Positions 15,540-20,000 of a DNA stretch of 20,000 nt are shown here, in pieces. The stretch lies in the IMG/VR virus record IMGVR_UViG_3300033144_005150; one strand, given 5' to 3'. The translations under genes were made by a program, and so were the position numbers. The notes below the pieces were generated by a model. It saw only the letters and a list, made by a program, of their open reading frames with translations, was not told where the DNA came from and did no database searches. Source of the DNA: an uncultured virus (IMG/VR IMGVR_UViG_3300033144_005150). Its lineage: Duplodnaviria; Heunggongvirae; Uroviricota; Caudoviricetes. Within the stretch, counting starts at the first letter, position 1. The number at the start of each line of letters is the position of its first letter.

Positions 15540-17147
15540 ATGGCCGTACAACCACCATTTCGAAGTGACGCCTACGAGGTCGAGAACGCCGATGCTCCCG
15601 TAGGGCCCCGGCTGTTCGAAGCCTCTCTGCTCGATGGGTCTATCCGGTTCACGGACCCCCGTATTCCGGCCGGCATCAACCTCAACGAGCTTGTCGGACT
15701 CCAGCAGGCCCAGAACACCATCATCGTCTCCCAGACGGGAGAGGGTGGCAGCAAGGATGTCAACGGAGACCCCATCACGACCATCCAGGGAGCGTTGGAC
15801 AACGTGCCCGTGGGTGCCGACGTGGACGAGCCGTGGACCATCCTGGTGGCTCCTGGGCTCTACGTCGAGGACGTGTACTTCTTCAAGGACGGTGTGACCC
15901 TCCAAGGGATCGGCACCGTCATCCTGCGCAATGCCAGTGCCGTCAGCACGCTTCGGATGCGTGCCGGTGTGAGCACCGTGCCGCGTCGGGTCACCATCAA
16001 GGACATGCGCATCGAGTGCGTGACGGCCGTAGAGGCGTGCCTGGACATTGGGAGTGCGACATTCGCCAGTGGCAGTTTCACGATCGCAGCCGTGCCCAAC
16101 GTCGGTGACATCGCGGACGTTGCTGGCACCACGTTCACCGCCATCGTCAACGGTGGGGTCCCTGCTCCGGGCGAGTTCGAGCTCGGGACGGACGAAGCCA
16201 CCACGGCGGACAATCTGGCTCTCGCCATCAATGATCCCGTCAACGGTCTGGACACCCTCGTGGAAGCTACGGTGTCCGGCACGGTCGTTACCATTCGAGC
16301 GCAGGCAGACGGCGTGGCGGGCAATGCCATCACGCTTTCGAGCACCGTGGTCCTGGTGATCATTCCTTCGGGAGCAACCCTCACCGGTGGCACCGCAAGC
16401 GGTCCTGGATCGACGGTTGGGGATGACCTGATTCAGATTATCGATTGCGACCTGGTGCCCACCGTGGCCACGGCGTTCCAGTTCCGAGCCTCGTCCGTCA
16501 ACAACATGTACGTCTCGGGCGGCAACTGGAACGACGGAGCCACCGGTACCACGGTGAGCGTGATCGACTGTGCAGCGTTCGAGATGAATAACGTGTTCTG
16601 TGATGGTCTCGTGCTCAACTACGACGACACGAACCCGGACATCCCGGTGATCGCCACATCGGCCTACGCTATGAATGGGGTGAGAGCTCTGGCTGGTCTC
16701 ACGACGGGCTACTCCGGTGTCGGAAGTCTCGTGATGAGCGACTGCACGATCATCGGTACGACGGTCTACAGTGGGGGAGCGCCCGCACAGAGTTTCACGG
16801 CACGCAGGAGTTCGTTCGGGATCATGACGGTTGGCGGTGTGGCTCCGAACATGATCCTGAGCCACTGCCCTCGGGGGGCGCTCACCGGTGCAGGTACCGG
16901 CACGCTGGCGGAGACGACCTTCTACGGCGCGGCGGCGTTTGTTGCTGTTCCTGTCGTCACGATTCCGTTCGACGAGCCTCAGCCGGACCTTGTGTACACG
17001 GTGTTGCTCGAGCCCGAAGGACCCCCGGCTGCCATCACGGACGTACCCGCAGTTCCCAGCGGAGCCAAGACCCTGACGGGTTTTGACATCGCGTTCGGAG
17101 CACCCCAGACCCTCACCATCAATTTCGTCGTCAAGCGCGACATCTAG
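15540..17147 (+). CDS. Probable tail spike or fibre protein: beta-helix-like body, inserted structural domain and C-terminal beta-sandwich
   Basis: ITTIQGALD..TILVAPGLYVEDV..GVTLQG is a pectin-lyase-like cap. The protein is rich in Gly/Thr/Val/Ala, ends IPFDEPQPDLVYTV..KTLTGFDI, and has an AGGAG RBS. Confidence 0.65.
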   Translation: MAVQPPFRSDAYEVENADAPVGPRLFEASLLDGSIRFTDPRIPAGINLNELVGLQQAQNTIIVSQTGEGGSKDVNGDPITTIQGALDNVPVGADVDEPWTILVAPGLYVEDVYFFKDGVTLQGIGTVILRNASAVSTLRMRAGVSTVPRRVTIKDMRIECVTAVEACLDIGSATFASGSFTIAAVPNVGDIADVAGTTFTAIVNGGVPAPGEFELGTDEATTADNLALAINDPVNGLDTLVEATVSGTVVTIRAQADGVAGNAITLSSTVVLVIIPSGATLTGGTASGPGSTVGDDLIQIIDCDLVPTVATAFQFRASSVNNMYVSGGNWNDGATGTTVSVIDCAAFEMNNVFCDGLVLNYDDTNPDIPVIATSAYAMNGVRALAGLTTGYSGVGSLVMSDCTIIGTTVYSGGAPAQSFTARRSSFGIMTVGGVAPNMILSHCPRGALTGAGTGTLAETTFYGAAAFVAVPVVTIPFDEPQPDLVYTVLLEPEGPPAAITDVPAVPSGAKTLTGFDIAFGAPQTLTINFVVKRDI

Positions 17148-17157
17148 GAAATCTGCA

Positions 17158-17724
17158 ATGTCACACGAAGAAGATGAACTCTACGGCGGCCTGAATTTCG
17201 GAGCTCCCTCCTCCCTCGACACGTACCTCCAGGGCCGTGAGGAGCAACTGGCCAACAAAGGCCTCCGGGCGCTGACCGATCAAGGTCGGGCCGCGAATGC
17301 GTTCCAAATCCAGGCCGCGGTGGTGGGGACTCGGGTCGCGTTCATCACGAACATCGGCAGCGTGCTCCAGTGGAGAGATCCTCCGTCGGATGGATCGGAA
17401 GGCACGATCGTCATGGTCCGCACCGGGGACGGAGATCAGACGAGCCTCAACGGCCTGATTTTCGTGAAGTTCGACAACGGTCAATTTCTCCAGGTGGACC
17501 CGGAGTACCTGCGCTCGGCTGTCGGCAACACGAAAGTCGCGTCGAGCTTCACCCGTCGAGTCGCAAATCTTGGAGATCTTTCAGGTTTTCTCCGATGGGG
17601 CTCGGACGACAGCGACCTTGTCCACAAGGCGACACGGGACCTCTGGAGCTTTGAAACGACCGACAAGGGCGAGTTCGTGATCTCCCGACTTTTCAAGGAT
17701 ACGGGCGAGCCACTCAAGGTCTAG
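17158..17724 (+). CDS. Hypothetical protein (188 aa)
   Basis: The ATG at 17158 follows AGGAA. The longer ORF-track start overlaps the previous gene. Confidence 0.72.
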   Translation: MSHEEDELYGGLNFGAPSSLDTYLQGREEQLANKGLRALTDQGRAANAFQIQAAVVGTRVAFITNIGSVLQWRDPPSDGSEGTIVMVRTGDGDQTSLNGLIFVKFDNGQFLQVDPEYLRSAVGNTKVASSFTRRVANLGDLSGFLRWGSDDSDLVHKATRDLWSFETTDKGEFVISRLFKDTGEPLKV

Positions 17725-17808
17725 CCCATGCGCATCTAGCGCTCCCTCTGATCCAGGCCGGATCGGTGGTTTTCGCTTTATAGGCCCCCCTTTGGCAGGA
17801 CCTCCACT

Positions 17809-18840
17809 GTGACCACTCCAGACTCAAAGCGCGTTGCGGCTCTTTACATGGCCCGTCAGGCACGCACGAAAATTGCCGGCGAGGTTATTTTCAAGAAGGA
17901 TCGTGGGGACGATGTTGGCTCATGGGCCTACAACGACAACGCCCCTTCGCTTCGTGAAATTCCGAGGGACTTCAACTACAGCCCTCGCCACCAGAAGCCG
18001 CTTGCCAAGATCCTTCGTGCGACCTTGGCCGCTCTGGGCCACACGCTCTCGGGCTACAACCGGTTCGCCAAGATCAAGTCGGCTCGAGTGAGCCCTGACG
18101 GCGCGCTGGGTGGTCGTGGGTACATCCAGAAAATTGCCGACATGCGCAAGCAGTACATGAACTGCGTCGAGGCGTTGTCGGCCCTCGCGGATACGGTTTA
18201 CGACGAGATCAACGCACCGCACTGGTCGCTGATTTCGCGTCAAGAAGCCGACGAAGAGAAGGCCGAAGTCCAGCAGCTCATTGGTGATGCCGAAGAGATC
18301 CGATCGGACCCCCAAGAGTGGGCCGAGCAGGAGATGAAGGAGGAGTTCGGCAAGGACAAGGGCAAGAAGGACAAGAAGAAGGACGAGAAGCCTGAGCTTG
18401 TCGATCCTGACGACTGGGATTCCTGGGGCGATGAGACCGAGAACGAAGAGACCGTTCCGATGACCATGAATCGCCAAGCGTCCGCCCACGACGTTCGCCT
18501 CAAGTTGGCCAAGTCCCGCATCGCGGCCAAGTGGATTGCCGCGCAAAAACAGGACCTCGCCCTGTTCCAGTCACTCCACCAGGTTCTTGCGTCTCTACCT
18601 CAGCAGCTTCCCGGTTTCGGTTGGCGGAGTACGAACCGTGGAGCGAGATTGACGTGGGAGGGCCAGCCGGTGGGGAACCTGCAACGGTACGGCTCGGAGT
18701 GGGTGATCGTTTTCGAGGACTCCGCAGGTCAAGGGACGACTCATCACGTTGCTTCGGCGACGGACCTCGAGGAGTGGGCTACCGCATTGGGCCGCTACTT
18801 CAAGGAAGCCAAAGAAACCACCGAGGGAGACAACCGCTGA
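17809..18840 (+). CDS. Hypothetical protein (343 aa) with a charged central linker, possibly virion-associated
   Basis: It is a long ORF with typical codon bias and a GTG start after AGGA. Confidence 0.75.
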   Translation: MTTPDSKRVAALYMARQARTKIAGEVIFKKDRGDDVGSWAYNDNAPSLREIPRDFNYSPRHQKPLAKILRATLAALGHTLSGYNRFAKIKSARVSPDGALGGRGYIQKIADMRKQYMNCVEALSALADTVYDEINAPHWSLISRQEADEEKAEVQQLIGDAEEIRSDPQEWAEQEMKEEFGKDKGKKDKKKDEKPELVDPDDWDSWGDETENEETVPMTMNRQASAHDVRLKLAKSRIAAKWIAAQKQDLALFQSLHQVLASLPQQLPGFGWRSTNRGARLTWEGQPVGNLQRYGSEWVIVFEDSAGQGTTHHVASATDLEEWATALGRYFKEAKETTEGDNR

Positions 18841-20000
18841 TGTCCAAGAACGAATCTACACTCCCTGGCGAGCTGAACGAAAACTGGGGTTCCAACTACA
18901 TGTTGGACGGGTTCTGGCAAGACATGGAGTACGAGCACGGGCTCAAAGAGAACCCGCCTGCCAACCCCATCCCTCAGCCAGCTACCTCCGGCATGGCACA
19001 ACTCCCGGATGGCCTGATGGTCGCGCTGGAGATCGACGATTCTCCGCAAGTCGAATTCGTCATCCAGCACCAGGACGACGAGGGCGCCATGGACCTGGGA
19101 GCCCTGGGCATCGTTGCCAAGATGGCACCCGATGTTGATCGCAGTGACGTGGGCATCGTGGACCACAACTGGCTTTCCGACGCCTACCAAGATCCGTCCC
19201 GGCTTCCCGACAAGCCCGTGGACAACGGAATCCCCGAGCTTCAAGAAGCATGGGGAGATCGCACCGACGGGATTACCCGCATCGACCTCTACGATCGTTC
19301 GTCGTTGACGTACGAAGACGCGATGCAGCACGAAGAGGATGACGATCCTCTGAACCGAGACAAACTGGCGTCGTTTGTGCGCATGGCGATGCGTCGTTCG
19401 GCTGCTGGGCAATCGATGGATCTCATCAAGCAGAAGCTCCTCGACGCCATGGGTCCCAAACTGGCTCGCAAGATCGCGAAGCCCGTTCAGGCGATCCAAG
19501 CGGAGCACGGCCTTCCTGGCAACATCTACATTCGTGCCTCTGCCTACCCGCGCCTCCAGCACGGGAAATGGTCGAAGGAGCTCCAGCGCGCCGCCAAGGG
19601 TTGCCGCTACCTGATCGCTGCCCCAGGAGAGGACTGTCAGTCATGTGCAACTGCTTTAAATCTCGTAGTACTCGCTCATCCAAACGAAATCCCGTGGGCC
19701 GACGAGCTTCCGCGGTACGCCGCCAACCTGCGAGCTACACGCCAGCAGCCAAAAAAGGCCAGCAAGCAGGGACCGCGCGAGTACCTGCAAACGTGGCTAT
19801 TGGCCGTAAGTAAGAACGTTCGCCTCGACATCGATCCCAGTCGAAACCGGCACACGATGCCGGTGGACACGGTGACCGCGGCCGAAGCTGAAAAGGCTCT
19901 GGTCGATTTCACCATTCCGCATCGTGTCGTCCTCGACATGACGGAGCGTCACAACAAGAAGGACGCCGAGAAGGCCATCAAGCGTATTGGTGCCATGGTC
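18840..20000 (+). CDS. Large hypothetical protein, truncated by the window end (at least 387 aa)
   Basis: The ATG overlaps the previous stop (TGATG). Manual translation MSKNESTLPGELNENWGSNY...EHGLPGNIYIRASAYP...DCQSC...KRIGAMV has no stop up to base 20000. Confidence 0.85.
   Translation, partial: MSKNESTLPGELNENWGSNYMLDGFWQDMEYEHGLKENPPANPIPQPATSGMAQLPDGLMVALEIDDSPQVEFVIQHQDDEGAMDLGALGIVAKMAPDVDRSDVGIVDHNWLSDAYQDPSRLPDKPVDNGIPELQEAWGDRTDGITRIDLYDRSSLTYEDAMQHEEDDDPLNRDKLASFVRMAMRRSAAGQSMDLIKQKLLDAMGPKLARKIAKPVQAIQAEHGLPGNIYIRASAYPRLQHGKWSKELQRAAKGCRYLIAAPGEDCQSCATALNLVVLAHPNEIPWADELPRYAANLRATRQQPKKASKQGPREYLQTWLLAVSKNVRLDIDPSRNRHTMPVDTVTAAEAEKALVDFTIPHRVVLDMTERHNKKDAEKAIKRIGAMV

Noticed and set aside
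914..16865. Long minus-strand ORFs (914-3211, 4610-5794, 6102-7676, 14949-16865 and others)
   Set aside because: They are antisense shadows of GC-biased plus-strand genes that carry clear motifs, and they have no recognisable domains of their own.
17748..17773. Intrinsic terminator (CTGATCC-AGGCC-GGATCGG followed by TGGTTTT)
   Set aside because: The stem is modest and the U-tract is short and interrupted, so it is too weak to call.

Overview
This window is a dense, single-strand (+) gene run that looks like part of a large, GC-rich bacteriophage or phage-like element carrying its own bacterial-type replisome and repair genes. The first ~12.8 kb is a recombination/replication block: RecA with a 440-aa LAGLIDADG intein in its P-loop, an SbcC/Rad50 ATPase split into two distant genes, SbcD/Mre11, an Fe-S PD-(D/E)XK nuclease, a DnaN-like clamp, a DnaG core lacking its zinc-binding domain, a metallopeptidase-family protein with a degenerate active site, and DnaX with an atypical 174-aa mini-intein. 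A NusG-like gene and a protein made of two sigma-region-4-like HTHs follow. After them come a lipoprotein and probable virion genes, ending in an ORF that runs off the window and is absent from the ORF track. The most notable signals are the split Rad50 (its N-half ends at the zinc hook and carries 46-aa repeats), a recurrent hairpin plus GGGTA(G/C)A element just upstream of several starts, the DnaX intein (block-B His replaced by Gln, Cys-rich linker), and the NusG/tandem-sigma4 pair at the module boundary. All family calls come from reading motifs by eye; no database searches were run.
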